Shown: positions 1-9,869, counted from the stretch's first letter. The stretch is DNA of 64,000 nt from Minisyncoccota bacterium (GCA_028714635.1 JAQTLZ010000001.1:79650-143649); one strand, 5' to 3'. The notes: generated from the sequence alone by a model not told the origin. A program made the numbers and translations.

Positions 1-256
1 TGATACCGCTTTGAAGCGCACTGCCGTAGCCCATATTCTTCTCATGACTTATGAGGCGCACGCGAGGTTCTCTGACCATGACCTCTCGCACAATCTCCGC
101 TGTCTTATCGGTGCTTCCATCATCAATGACAATGACTTCTGATTTTCTGATTTCAGGAATTGAGTCTATTGTTTTTATAGCATCGAGAAGTGTCTCTTTG
201 ATGTTGCCTTCTTCATTGTGAGCGGGGAAGAAAACCGATAGCGAAAATTCTTTCAT
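1..256 (-). CDS. Family 2 glycosyltransferase (polyprenyl-phosphate sugar synthase-like), N-terminal part; gene continues past the window edge
   Basis: My translation of the minus strand from ATG (rc of 254-256) gives MKEFSLSVFFPAHNEEGNIKETLLDAIKTIDS...VIVIDDGSTDKT...YGSALQSG. This is the typical GT2 (DPM1/ArnC-like) N-terminus with a DxD-type motif. The gene is not in the ORF track because it has no stop inside the window. Confidence 0.6.
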   Translation of the reverse strand, partial: MKEFSLSVFFPAHNEEGNIKETLLDAIKTIDSIPEIRKSEVIVIDDGSTDKTAEIVREVMVREPRVRLISHEKNMGYGSALQSGI

Positions 257-295
257 GCATCTAGACTATCAGCTTTTCGGCAAATGGAATAGTCC

Positions 296-2119
296 GTGAA
301 ATCAAGCTATAATAGAGACCAAGGAAATTGTATGCCGATTTTTTTTAACAAAATTCGCTCATTTTTTGGCGACACCACTCGTACGCAATGGGTAGTTTTT
401 GTGGCATTTGTTGTTTTTCTTTGCATCCATTTTTACCTCATGTCCCATGTGCTCTTTTTTGATTCGGGAGGATCGCTCCATAGCACTTTTTACGGCTATG
501 GCGACACCCCATATCACCTCACCCAAGTGACCAAATTTGGCTATAGTTCGCTCACAAATCTCAATGAACCGACATTTTTGGGAGAAAAACTTCACTATCC
601 ATTTTTCATCAATTTTCTAAGTGGAATGCTTGTGCGTATTACGGGTTCGCTCGTCTTCTCATTCCTTTTACCCGCGTACATTTTTATCTTTCTGAATGCT
701 TGTCTCGTCTATCAGATCTATAAAAAATGCATTGGAAAAGCGAGATACGCAGTTTTAGGACTTTTTATCTTTTTTCTCGGTACCGGATTTGCCGGATATG
801 GATTCTTGCAAAAAGCATATCAGGATAAAATGGGACCAGTAGCGCTTTTCGAATATCTTTCGCACAACAATCTTTCAACAACTGTCATATGGCAGGATGC
901 CTATCCAGAGCAGAGTGTTATCTTCGGAACTCCGATGGTGTTATCCTTTTTGCATCAAAGAGCGTTTCTTCCGGGACTTTTTGGTTTTTCTTTATTTCTT
1001 TTGTTGCTTATAAAGATGTGGCAGGAGAGGGGGCGGGTAAAACGTTCGCTAATAATCGCGACTGCGATAGTTTTTGGGATTCTGCCGATTATGCATACGC
1101 ATAGCTTTGTCTGTGCTTCGATTGTGTTCGGAGTTTTTGGACTTTTCTCACTTTTCTACAAAAGGTTCGATCTTTTCAAAAAATATCTTTTTATTGCTAT
1201 TTTGGGCGGACTTGTTGCTCTACCTCAGATCTGGTATCTCGTTGGAACCAAAACAGTTTTTAGTGCTAGCGCAACTTTTATCTCATACCGGCTTGGCTGG
1301 ATGAGCGAGCCGGCATTTGGAGGAATGAATTTTCCTACTGGCGCACCTCGCTCGATATTTTCATGGGTGTTTGTGCATTTCACCTTTCTTAATTTTGGTG
1401 CGATTCTTATTGCCTTTCTTCTCGCTTGGCTTTTGTATTTGCTTCGAAACCGGATGAATTTTGTTCGAGAGATTTTTTCTCGAGCCGAACTACCCATTTT
1501 ACTCGGATTCACTGGTCTCCTCATTTTTGTTATCGGACAGCTTTTCCGCTTTCAGCCGTGGGACTTCGATAACAATAAAATTTTCGAGTACTACCAATTT
1601 TTTGCCGTCCCATTTATCCTTTTTATACTTTCTAAAATATACGACAAGAAAAAAACTCTCGGAGTAGTTTTGCTGGTTATTTTTACAGTTCTTTCGATTT
1701 TTTCGGGTATTTTGGAGATAGTGCCAAGACTTATTAAAACAATTCCAGAAGAGCCGGTTATTTTTTCTCCCGCAGCTTTGCGTCTCGCGGATTTTATAAA
1801 AACAAATATTCCCGAGGGAGATCTTATCGTTACTGGCACGACTCATCTTAATCCTGTCGCTTCATTGGCGGGGAGAGGAGTCTTAGTTGGATATCCGGGA
1901 TGGCTTTGGACGCATGGGATTAATTACGGAGCGCGTGAGGAGGAGATAAAGAAGTTCTACGCTAATCCTTCCAAAAGCGATTTGGCGCAAAAATATAATG
2001 CAAAATATGCACTTTTCGATTCATGGTCTGTTTCAGATTTCAAAGCGGACAAGAAAAATTTCGATGCCCGCTTTCAGAAAGTATTCGAAGAGGGAGAGTA
2101 TACGCTTTATAAGATTTAG
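296..2119 (+). CDS. Polytopic membrane protein, probable GT-C fold glycosyltransferase (ArnT/PMT-like) with a C-terminal soluble domain
   Basis: 607-aa ORF with about 12 hydrophobic helices in the first ~450 aa followed by a hydrophilic C-terminal domain. It sits directly downstream of a GT2 polyprenyl-phosphate sugar synthase, a typical pairing. The call rests on architecture, not a motif match. Confidence 0.45.
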   Translation: MKSSYNRDQGNCMPIFFNKIRSFFGDTTRTQWVVFVAFVVFLCIHFYLMSHVLFFDSGGSLHSTFYGYGDTPYHLTQVTKFGYSSLTNLNEPTFLGEKLHYPFFINFLSGMLVRITGSLVFSFLLPAYIFIFLNACLVYQIYKKCIGKARYAVLGLFIFFLGTGFAGYGFLQKAYQDKMGPVALFEYLSHNNLSTTVIWQDAYPEQSVIFGTPMVLSFLHQRAFLPGLFGFSLFLLLLIKMWQERGRVKRSLIIATAIVFGILPIMHTHSFVCASIVFGVFGLFSLFYKRFDLFKKYLFIAILGGLVALPQIWYLVGTKTVFSASATFISYRLGWMSEPAFGGMNFPTGAPRSIFSWVFVHFTFLNFGAILIAFLLAWLLYLLRNRMNFVREIFSRAELPILLGFTGLLIFVIGQLFRFQPWDFDNNKIFEYYQFFAVPFILFILSKIYDKKKTLGVVLLVIFTVLSIFSGILEIVPRLIKTIPEEPVIFSPAALRLADFIKTNIPEGDLIVTGTTHLNPVASLAGRGVLVGYPGWLWTHGINYGAREEEIKKFYANPSKSDLAQKYNAKYALFDSWSVSDFKADKKNFDARFQKVFEEGEYTLYKI

Positions 2120-2124
2120 ATTGG

Positions 2125-3339
2125 ATGAAGAGTCTATTGCACTATCTAGCCGAAAAACACGAGATAATTGCAGCTTTTTTGCTTGTGATTATTTTGTCCG
2201 GCTATTTGTCATTTTTTTCACCCAAAGGACACTATGTTGTGCATGATTACACTTTTAGGATAGCGGAAGCTTTTACTCACGGTGAATTGGGAATTTCAGA
2301 GCGTCCATCCTGGCTTGGCGAACTTGTTCCGTTTCAAGGACAGTATTTTTCAGTGTTTCCTTTGGGAAGTGTTCTGGTGATGTTGCCTTGGGCTGTTCTT
2401 AAAAATTTTGATGTGATTCCTCATCAGCCAACGCAACCTCTTGTGGCAATTATCGGAATCCTTGTGACCCTATTTTCCTTTCTTCTTTGTGGTTTTTATG
2501 AGATGTCGATTTTTCGCCGTATTCTCTTTTCTTTATTTCCGATATTTGGAACATGGAGTTGGGCGAATCTTTCATTTGCCAGTTCATGGCAGTTAGCACT
2601 CGGCTTTGCGATGCTCGGCGAATTGGGAGCTCTTTATTTTACTTTTCGCAAAAAGCCTTTTTGGGCGGGGCTCTTTTTTGCACTCGCATTTGGGAATCGC
2701 ACTGAAATTATAATTACCCTGCCGATTTTTCTCTTTATTTTCTGGCGTCTATCAGATGCAACCTCACTCAAAGAGTTTCTCTGGGAGGTCGCTCCTTTTT
2801 TCTTCGTGCCCTTTGTTTTGGGAATGGCGACGTTAGGCTATAATTTTTTGAGATTTTCTTCTCCTCTTGATTTCGGGTATTCAAGAATTCCTGGAATTCT
2901 TGAAGAACCCGGATATCGTCATGGCTTCTTTTCCCTCTATGCTATACGTGAAAATTTTGAGCAGATGCTTATCCGTGGATGGAAACAAATTTCCTTTTTT
3001 CCTTATTTCATTCCAACCGGCTGGGGAGGATCTATATTTGTCTTTTGTCCTTTTCTTTTTCTTTTGTTCCGCAGAAACTCGAAGGACAAGATGATAAAAT
3101 GGTGCGCTTGGATTGCAATTTTTGTTCTGACTTTTATTCTTTGGATGCATGGAAACCCGGGTGGTTGGCAGGTTTCTTACAGATACGCAATGATTCTTAT
3201 TCCCTGGATGCTCGTTATCTTTCTTGAGAACGGGAAATCGAAACTTTCATGGGCGGAAATCGTCCTCTTCGCGGTTTCATTTTCCATTAGTGCCTACACT
3301 TTTTATGTTTTCAGCTGGACGAATCTTATGACCCCGTAG
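2125..3339 (+). CDS. Polytopic membrane protein, probable GT-C family glycosyltransferase (GT39/GT83-like)
   Basis: 404-aa ORF that is hydrophobic throughout. Its start is 6 nt after the stop of the previous membrane protein, so the two look like one operon. Confidence 0.45.
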   Translation: MKSLLHYLAEKHEIIAAFLLVIILSGYLSFFSPKGHYVVHDYTFRIAEAFTHGELGISERPSWLGELVPFQGQYFSVFPLGSVLVMLPWAVLKNFDVIPHQPTQPLVAIIGILVTLFSFLLCGFYEMSIFRRILFSLFPIFGTWSWANLSFASSWQLALGFAMLGELGALYFTFRKKPFWAGLFFALAFGNRTEIIITLPIFLFIFWRLSDATSLKEFLWEVAPFFFVPFVLGMATLGYNFLRFSSPLDFGYSRIPGILEEPGYRHGFFSLYAIRENFEQMLIRGWKQISFFPYFIPTGWGGSIFVFCPFLFLLFRRNSKDKMIKWCAWIAIFVLTFILWMHGNPGGWQVSYRYAMILIPWMLVIFLENGKSKLSWAEIVLFAVSFSISAYTFYVFSWTNLMTP

Positions 3340-3345
3340 CTTGTT

Positions 3346-4350
3346 CTAGAGTGTTGTTGGAACGTAATTTGTGGGCGCCTCGGCAAGGTATTTGAGAAGC
3401 GCCTCCCGAGAGAGGAGTCCTTTCTGTGCTCCGACTTGTTGGACAACAGACATGGAGTTTATCGGTCCCCACATAAGCGCTTCGCGGATTGATTTTCCAA
3501 GAGCGAGAGCAGAAACAAATGTTGAAGCGAATGCATCGCCAGCACCAGTCCTCTGTACAGGGGGTTTGGGATCTGGATAGATCGGCATTTTGATAAACTC
3601 TTGTCCGTCATAGCAATACGCGCCTGCCGGCCCATCGGTCATTACGACGATTTTTGGCCCGAGTGCGCAGAGTCCCTCTAAAAGCGTTTTCGGATCAGCG
3701 TTTTCTTTTCCAAGAATTGTTTCAGCCTCCTCCAAATTACATATAAAAACTTCTGTTCTTTTATAAATACGAGCAAATTTTGGAACTCCAGCCTTTATTT
3801 CGAAGGTCGCTGGTTGAAAAGCCACTTTTACGCTTGGATTTTTCTCGATGAAGGTCATTATTTCCTCAATGTAATCTTCATTCTTGTGGGCGAATGAAGA
3901 GAGGTAAATCCATTTGGTATCGAGGGAGCTTGGCATTTTGCTTGGATATGTTTCGTGCTTTACCAATATTGTTCGGTCGGCATCATAACAAAGAACGAAA
4001 TCATAATTTGATGTCATGCCTTTGTGAACTCGGATAAAATCAGTCGAAACTTTGTTCTTTCTGAAAACCTGTAGCGACTCCTCGCCATTTTGATCATCAC
4101 CCGTATCAGAGATAAGCGCAGAGCAAAGTCCGAGCCGAGCCGCCGAAACTGCAGCGTTGGCTGCATTCCCGACTGCATGAATTACTTCAACTGATTCGTA
4201 AGGAATCTTGGAGCCGAAATCTATACAGAGCTTTTTGTAGCCATCGTGGGTATCATCAGGAATGATATGGGCATCTTTTAGGCGAATAAAAGCGTCGGTT
4301 GTGTTATCCCCGATTGCTACAAAATCGTAGGTTTTTTTGAAAAATGACAT
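3346..4350 (-). CDS. PfkB-family carbohydrate kinase (ribokinase-like)
   Basis: The N-terminus MSFFKKTYDFVAIGDNTTDAFIRL has the PfkB Gly-rich motif. The C-terminal GAGDAFASTFVSALALGKS is the PfkB DTxGAGD signature. The ORF-track start at 4614 is an upstream extension; I place the start at ATG rc 4348-4350. Confidence 0.8.
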   Translation of the reverse strand: MSFFKKTYDFVAIGDNTTDAFIRLKDAHIIPDDTHDGYKKLCIDFGSKIPYESVEVIHAVGNAANAAVSAARLGLCSALISDTGDDQNGEESLQVFRKNKVSTDFIRVHKGMTSNYDFVLCYDADRTILVKHETYPSKMPSSLDTKWIYLSSFAHKNEDYIEEIMTFIEKNPSVKVAFQPATFEIKAGVPKFARIYKRTEVFICNLEEAETILGKENADPKTLLEGLCALGPKIVVMTDGPAGAYCYDGQEFIKMPIYPDPKPPVQRTGAGDAFASTFVSALALGKSIREALMWGPINSMSVVQQVGAQKGLLSREALLKYLAEAPTNYVPTTL

Positions 4351-4399
4351 GGTCAGATTATACACCATATCCCTTTTTCTTTGTGATACAATAATCCCC

Positions 4400-5281
4400 A
4401 TGATGACGCTTCGAGAAGCTATCACTGACGCAATACGAAAGAAGGTTGCCATTGGGCACTTCAACATCTCCAATCTTGAAGGATTTTGGGCTGTGTTTCG
4501 GGCTGCACAAAAATTAAATGTACCTGTCATTATCGGCGCATCGGAAGGGGAGCGGGATTTTATTGGAGTGAGACAAGTCGCGGCGCTCGTCAAAAGTGTT
4601 CGAGAGGAATTCAATTACCCAATTTATCTTAATGCTGACCATACTTATTCATTTGAAAAGGTAAAAGAGGCGATTGATGCCGGCTTTGATGCTGTAATTT
4701 ACGACGGAGCAAAGCTTTCGCTCGAAGAAAATACTGCAACAACGAAGAAGTGTGTCGAGTATGCACGTCAATGCGGGCGAGACGTACTTCTCGAAGGTGA
4801 ACTCGGATTCATCGGGCAATCTTCAAAGATTCTTGATGCGGTACCTGTGGGAGTCGGGCTTTCAGGCGACGCACTTACCAAGCCAGAAGTTGCTGCACAA
4901 TTTGTAAAAGAGACCGGAATTGATCTTTTCGCACCATCGGTAGGGAATTTTCATGGAATGGTAAAGGATAGCGGAGCAGTAAAAAAGATCGATGATGCTC
5001 GCGTCTCTGAAATTTTCAAAGCAACTGGGGTTCCTCTCGTGCTTCATGGTGGTTCGGGCACTTCCGATGAGGAATTTTTGGCGGCAATAAAAAGCGGAAT
5101 TGCAATTGTTCATATTAATACTGAACTTCGTCTCGCATATCGAAAAGGTTTGGCTTTGGCGCTTCAGGAAAATCCAGATGAAATTGCTCCCTATAAATAT
5201 CTCAAAGGCGCGCTCTTGGCGATGGAAAAGGTAGTGGAGGAGAAGCTTGCCTTGTTCAACAATCTCAATACTGCGAAGTGA
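4400..5281 (+). CDS. fba: Class II fructose/tagatose-bisphosphate aldolase
   Basis: MMTLREAITDA...GHFNISNLEG...NADHTYSFE...LHGGSGTSDEEF matches the class II Zn-aldolase family. The start is trimmed to ATG 4400. It is divergent from the PfkB kinase. Confidence 0.85.
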   Translation: MMTLREAITDAIRKKVAIGHFNISNLEGFWAVFRAAQKLNVPVIIGASEGERDFIGVRQVAALVKSVREEFNYPIYLNADHTYSFEKVKEAIDAGFDAVIYDGAKLSLEENTATTKKCVEYARQCGRDVLLEGELGFIGQSSKILDAVPVGVGLSGDALTKPEVAAQFVKETGIDLFAPSVGNFHGMVKDSGAVKKIDDARVSEIFKATGVPLVLHGGSGTSDEEFLAAIKSGIAIVHINTELRLAYRKGLALALQENPDEIAPYKYLKGALLAMEKVVEEKLALFNNLNTAK

Positions 5282-5505
5282 ACACGACAATAAAAATTGG
5301 GGCAACCTACCAGCATTTCAAAAATAAGAAATTGTATAAAGTGATCGCTCTCGCGAAGCACTCGGAAACCCTTGAAGATATGGTGGTGTATGAATGCCAG
5401 TATGAAAATGTAACTTCGAAGACATGGGTTCGGCCGGCTTCAATGTGGCTTGAGGAAGTCGAATATGAGGGGCTCAAACAGCCTCGATTTAAACTCATAA
5501 AATAG
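5278..5505 (+). CDS. DUF1653-family small protein
   Basis: 75 aa. YQHFKNKKLYKVIALAKHSETLEDMVVYECQ matches the DUF1653 core (YxHYKGxxYxV...HSET.E..VVY). It has a GTG start overlapping the fba stop. Confidence 0.55.
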   Translation: MNTTIKIGATYQHFKNKKLYKVIALAKHSETLEDMVVYECQYENVTSKTWVRPASMWLEEVEYEGLKQPRFKLIK

Positions 5506-5530
5506 CTCTATTCCTGGGTTTAAGCCGAAA

Positions 5531-5566
5531 CTTGCCCGGGCACCTAATTTAGGTGCCCGGGCTTGC
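5531..5566. promoter_or_regulatory. Perfect 14-bp inverted repeat (GCCCGGGCACCTAA / TTAGGTGCCCGGGC) upstream of rplY
   Basis: CTTGCCCGGGCACCTAATTTAGGTGCCCGGGCTTG, read directly from the sequence. No U-tract follows on either strand, so it is not a classical terminator. It could be an operator or a stable RNA hairpin. Confidence 0.4.
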
Positions 5567-5598
5567 GAAGTGAGACTGGCTCTGCTATAGTATCGCCC

Positions 5599-6315
5599 AT
5601 GCTCAAATTGGATGTAGAAAAGCGAGAAAGCAAGATTTCTGCGGAAAAATTGCGTGAATCTGGCAAAATGCCGGCTGTTTTTTATGGCCGCAAAGTGAAA
5701 TCTACTCCAGTTTCCGTATCTCAGAAAGAGTTTATAAAAGTGTGGAAAAAGGTTGGAGAATCTTCAGTTTTTACCGTTCAAGAAGGAAAAGAAGAGCACG
5801 ATGCTTTGATCCAAGACGTTGATCTCGATCCTATTAAAAGTACTCCTCGACACGCTGATTTTTATATCATTGAAAAAGGACAGAAGCTCAAAGTGAAAGT
5901 TCCGATTGAATTCGTAGGCGTTGCTCCGGCTGTGAAGGATCTCGCTGGTATTCTTGTGAAAGTGCTTCACGAGCTTGAACTCGAGGCGGAACCAAAAAAT
6001 CTTCCGCATGTTATTTCTGTAGATATCGCGGCGCTTGTCATGCTTGATAGCCGAATTGTAGCGAGCGATATTAAACTTCCTGCGAACGTTTCTCTTGTCA
6101 CAAAACCAGATGAGGTGGTTGCTTCAGTCGCTGTTGCTAAAGAAGAAGTCGAGGAAGCTCCAGTTGATCTTTCTGCAATTGAGATGAGTGAGACGAAAGG
6201 AATCAAACCTGATGCAGAAGGTGCTGAGGGAGCACCAGCAGAGGCAGGGAAAGCACCCGCAGGCAAGGAAGGTGGGAAACCAGAAGTGGCAAAGAAAGAG
6301 GTGAAGAAAGGGTAG
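5599..6315 (+). CDS. rplY: Ribosomal protein bL25 (general stress protein Ctc form)
   Basis: MLKLDVEKRE...MPAVFYGRK...PRHADFYII is the L25/Ctc N-domain, with an acidic and Lys/Ala-rich C-terminal tail. The start is trimmed to ATG 5599. Confidence 0.85.
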   Translation: MLKLDVEKRESKISAEKLRESGKMPAVFYGRKVKSTPVSVSQKEFIKVWKKVGESSVFTVQEGKEEHDALIQDVDLDPIKSTPRHADFYIIEKGQKLKVKVPIEFVGVAPAVKDLAGILVKVLHELELEAEPKNLPHVISVDIAALVMLDSRIVASDIKLPANVSLVTKPDEVVASVAVAKEEVEEAPVDLSAIEMSETKGIKPDAEGAEGAPAEAGKAPAGKEGGKPEVAKKEVKKG

Positions 6316-6420
6316 GGACCCATTCCGCAAGACCTTTTGAGATAGAATTGAGACTAGGCGAAAATTATATCCAAAAGGTGTACTGCTCCTGTAAGGAGCC
6401 TGCAAAAAAATAAGAAATTT

Positions 6421-6460
6421 AAAAAGCCCCGTCTGATTTAATCAGGCGGGGCTTTTTCTT
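6421..6460 (+). terminator. Rho-independent terminator after rplY
   Basis: AAGCCCCGTCTGATT-TAA-TCAGGCGGGGCTT stem (one G:U pair) followed by TTTTTCTT. Confidence 0.7.
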
Positions 6461-6475
6461 AAAATATGTTAAAAT

Positions 6476-7870
6476 TTGAGGATGTTCTCCAGAAGAATTG
6501 CGATTTTTTCTTTAGCCACATTCCTCGTTTGGGGACTGTGTTTTCTTTCTTCTCCACACTTTGCTAGAGCAGATCTAACTGCTGATGCAGTTCAGAGACG
6601 CGAGGATGCACTTAAAGCGGAACTCGCAGCTTTGACGGCAGAAATTGCAGAGAAACAGGCGCTTCTTGATGCAAAACATGGAGAATCGGCATCGCTTCAA
6701 AGAGATGTCGCCCTTCTAAACGGTAAGATTCAAAAGGCAAAATTAAGCATCAAAGCAAGCGACATTATTCTTCAGCAATTGAATAATGATATTGGCATAA
6801 AATCAGAGACCATCTCTGCGTTGGAAGAACGTATAGCAAAAAACAAGGCATCGCTCGCCGACCTTATCCGGAAGACCAATCAGACGGAAAATAATTCGTT
6901 AGTTGAAATGATTCTCAATGATCAGACCATTTCTGATTTCGTGTCTGACATCAATGATTTCGATACTATTAAAAGTTCGCTTCGTGATCTCTATTTTGAG
7001 ATAAGCGACCAAAAGCAGACCACTGAAACTGAAAAGCAATCTCTTGAAGAAAAAAGCCAGGCGGAAGCTGACGCAAAAGCGCTTCTTGAAGCCCAAAAAC
7101 GCCAAGTAGAGCTGACAGAAAAACAAAAGAAAGATCTGCTTACCGTTACAAAATCTCAAGAGAAAAATTATGCGCTTGCTGTGGCAGCGAGACAGAAACG
7201 GGCGGCTGAAATCAGAAGCGCGCTTTTCTCTCTCCGAGATACTTCTGCGATTCCTTTCGGCACTGCACTTGAATATGCGACATTTATATCAGGGAAAACT
7301 GGTATTCGGCCGGCATTTCTCCTTGCAATCCTTACTCAAGAATCAAATCTCGGCCAGAATGTCGGTTCCTGTTTTCTCACTGATACGACGACTGGCAATG
7401 GTATCGGAGCAAATACGAGGACTCCGCAGTCTCGGGTAATGCATCCTACTCGCGATGTTCCCGTATTTCTCGGCATAACAAAGAGTCTAGGTCTTGATTT
7501 TGCAACCACGCGGGTATCTTGCTGGCAACCTATCTATAGTAAAGGAAGTCCGATCGGTTGGGGAGGAGCGATGGGACCAGCCCAATTTATTCCCTCAACT
7601 TGGAAATTATTCGTAAATCGAATCGCAGCTGTCACGGGCAATGCATTGCCGAACCCTTGGAGCCCTAAAGATGCCTTCACTGCTTCTGCACTTTATTTGA
7701 CTGATTTGGGGGCAAAAAATGGAAGCTATACAGGAGAAATGAATGCGGCTTGCAAATATTATTCAGGTTCGGGCTGTATCACTTCTTACGCAAAAAGCTA
7801 TGGCGCGCAAGTAATGGCCAAAGCAGCAAGTATTCAGGAGAACATGATCGACCCCTTGCAGAATCTTTAG
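6476..7870 (+). CDS. Secreted peptidoglycan lytic transglycosylase (SLT domain) with a long N-terminal coiled coil
   Basis: Signal peptide (MRMFSRRIAIFSLATFLVWGLCFLSSPHFARA). About 230 aa of heptad-rich, charged sequence. The C-terminal LAILTQESNLGQN (catalytic Glu-Ser) and GAMGPAQFIPSTW resemble the SLT motifs ES and GLMQ. Confidence 0.6.
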   Translation: MRMFSRRIAIFSLATFLVWGLCFLSSPHFARADLTADAVQRREDALKAELAALTAEIAEKQALLDAKHGESASLQRDVALLNGKIQKAKLSIKASDIILQQLNNDIGIKSETISALEERIAKNKASLADLIRKTNQTENNSLVEMILNDQTISDFVSDINDFDTIKSSLRDLYFEISDQKQTTETEKQSLEEKSQAEADAKALLEAQKRQVELTEKQKKDLLTVTKSQEKNYALAVAARQKRAAEIRSALFSLRDTSAIPFGTALEYATFISGKTGIRPAFLLAILTQESNLGQNVGSCFLTDTTTGNGIGANTRTPQSRVMHPTRDVPVFLGITKSLGLDFATTRVSCWQPIYSKGSPIGWGGAMGPAQFIPSTWKLFVNRIAAVTGNALPNPWSPKDAFTASALYLTDLGAKNGSYTGEMNAACKYYSGSGCITSYAKSYGAQVMAKAASIQENMIDPLQNL

Positions 7871-7886
7871 AGAAATGTCGAAAAAT

Positions 7887-8342
7887 CTATTTACGAATAC
7901 CAGCCATATCTGCGCGAATCATCCACACTCTTTTTCCGTCACGAATTTCTGGTGAGGGAAAGGCTCTGAATTTTGAGTCATTTGGAAAACTGGATACATA
8001 AGTTGATTGTCTGTCTGATCTCTCCTCCGGTCCACCACCAGCATCTGGCCGGAGTCCGGCTCTTTTTAGAAGCAGCACGACCTCTTCAAGAGTATCCTCT
8101 GTAGGATAGAGAACTAAAATGCCCTTTTCCTCCGGACCCGAAGGCCACTCATCCTTTTTGCCGCGAGTCAGATATTGATGGAGTTCCGTAAAAAGAGTGT
8201 CCATGTTTATCGGGTGAGCCTCGGCAATAGCGTCAGTCATTTCCTCTATTGGAATTATCTGCGTCTTCTCTCCAGATTTTTCTTCTGGAAGTTCGGGAGG
8301 TGTAACCACGTTTTCCTCATCTAGGGGTAATTCTGAATCCAT
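7887..8342 (-). CDS. Hypothetical acidic protein
   Basis: ORF with no recognisable motif. The start is ambiguous (ATG rc 8340-8342, or the 8390 of the ORF track, whose extension overlaps a GC hairpin). Confidence 0.3.
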   Translation of the reverse strand: MDSELPLDEENVVTPPELPEEKSGEKTQIIPIEEMTDAIAEAHPINMDTLFTELHQYLTRGKKDEWPSGPEEKGILVLYPTEDTLEEVVLLLKRAGLRPDAGGGPEERSDRQSTYVSSFPNDSKFRAFPSPEIRDGKRVWMIRADMAGIRK

Positions 8343-8545
8343 GGCTTTATTATGAAGAAAGAGGGGAAGCCCTGCAAGCGCCCCAGCCACTTGCGGGGCT
8401 TGCCAAGTTCTGCTATATTAATGACTTCCATATTTGAGAGAAATGCTAGGCGCAGGTGAGCATTGTGACTAAGCTGTAGTAAACCTACTGCGCAGGAACA
8501 AGCGGAACCTGCAACAACGCAGTTCTCCAAATATGAAAGTCATTT

Positions 8546-8785
8546 ATGCAGAAAGAAATACATCCAAAATACTTTCCTGCTGCCAAGGTAAAATGCGCCT
8601 GTGGCAAGACCTACACTGTCGGTTCAACCCGAGAGACTTTTGAAGTTGAAATTTGTTCCGCTTGCCACCCATTCTATTCTGGTTCTGAAAAGATCATCGA
8701 TACTGCAGGACGAGTAGAGCGATTTAAAGCTCGAAAAGCAAAGGCCGTGGAACCCAAGAAGAAAGCGAAGGCTTCCGCTAAATAA
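8546..8785 (+). CDS. rpmE: Ribosomal protein bL31
   Basis: MQKEIHPKYFPAAKVKCACGKTYTVGSTRETFEVEICSACHPFYSG is the canonical L31 with its CxxC...CxxC pattern. Confidence 0.9.
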   Translation: MQKEIHPKYFPAAKVKCACGKTYTVGSTRETFEVEICSACHPFYSGSEKIIDTAGRVERFKARKAKAVEPKKKAKASAK

Positions 8786-8800
8786 CTGAAATTATGAACG

Positions 8801-8838
8801 AAAAAATCCGAGGGTCTTTTGACTCGCGGATTTTTTCG
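8801..8838 (+). terminator. Probable intrinsic terminator after rpmE
   Basis: AAAAATCCGAG...CTCGCGGATTTTTT. The stem is imperfect; a U-run follows. Confidence 0.5.
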
Positions 8839-8862
8839 TCCCTTTAAGGTAAAATTATCACA

Positions 8863-9831
8863 ATGGATTTAACACCCTACAAAGAAAATCACAAAACAAG
8901 CTTTTTGGCTTCTGAATATGAACGTCTCGAAAAAGAAGAGGTGGGACTTTTGGCTATGATTGAAAAAGATCCATCATACAAAGAGCTTGCAGAAGAAGAT
9001 TTGAAAAGCTTGAGGGAACAAAAGGAAAACCTTTTGAAGCAGATGAATGAAATCGTTGAGGGAGAAAAAGTTGAGGAGGAATTTCCGAATGAGGTTGTGT
9101 TGGAAGTGCGTGCGGGAGCCGGGGGAGACGAGGCTTCTCTTTTTGCCGAGGAATTGGCGAATATGTATAAAAAATATGCTGAATCGAAAGGTTGGGTCTT
9201 TGTTCTTCTCGATGAATCCAGAACTGCACTTGGGGGCTATAAGGAAGCGACGTTTGAAATTCGCGGGAAGGAAGTCTACAAAACCATGCGATTTGAGACG
9301 GGAGTGCACCGAGTTCAGCGAGTTCCTGCAACAGAGAAAATGGGACGGGTGCATACTTCCACAGCTTCTGTCGCCGTGCTCCCGATTCGCAAGAAATCGA
9401 AAGTAATTATAAATCCAACCGATATCGAGATGGAATTTTCGAAGTCCGGAGGGAAGGGGGGACAGAACGTGAATAAAGTGGAGACTGCAGTGCGACTCGT
9501 CCACAAGCCGACAGGGCTTGAGGTGAAATGCACCAACGAGCGAAGTCAGGGCAGAAACCGGGAAAAAGCAATGTCTATGCTCATTGCCAAGCTCGAGATG
9601 CTTCAAGAAGAACAAGATGCAAAAAAGTACTCAGCAAACCGCAAAAATCAGATCGGTACCGCAGATCGTTCAGAAAAAATCCGCACCTACAATTACCCGC
9701 AAAATCGCATTACTGATCATCGTCTGAAGAAGTCGTGGTATAGTCTCGAGAAGATCATGACAGGCGAATTTGAGCCAATTGCGGAGGCTATGAATAAGGG
9801 TGAGATTGGAAATGAAGATGATGAGGGATAA
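8863..9831 (+). CDS. prfA: Peptide chain release factor 1
   Basis: GGQ motif ([11 protein letters not shown]). PAT tripeptide in VPATEK (RF1 has PxT; RF2 has SPF). [13 protein letters not shown]. Confidence 0.9.
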   Translation: MDLTPYKENHKTSFLASEYERLEKEEVGLLAMIEKDPSYKELAEEDLKSLREQKENLLKQMNEIVEGEKVEEEFPNEVVLEVRAGAGGDEASLFAEELANMYKKYAESKGWVFVLLDESRTALGGYKEATFEIRGKEVYKTMRFETGVHRVQRVPATEKMGRVHTSTASVAVLPIRKKSKVIINPTDIEMEFSKSGGKGGQNVNKVETAVRLVHKPTGLEVKCTNERSQGRNREKAMSMLIAKLEMLQEEQDAKKYSANRKNQIGTADRSEKIRTYNYPQNRITDHRLKKSWYSLEKIMTGEFEPIAEAMNKGEIGNEDDEG

Positions 9832-9869
9832 TTTGCCTTTTCATATCTAATCTGCTAGACTTTTCATCC

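Noticed and set aside
4351-4614. N-terminal 88-aa extension of the PfkB kinase ORF, and 21-aa extension of the aldolase ORF (4337-4399)
   Set aside because: The extensions overlap each other on opposite strands and are not homologous to the respective families. The conserved N-termini begin at MSFFKK and MMTLREAIT.
8954-9615. Antisense ORFs (125 and 213 aa) inside prfA, and similar long antisense ORFs inside rpoB, dnaE, carB, smc and rnr
   Set aside because: They are opposite-strand shadows of strongly supported conserved genes. No start context or motifs.
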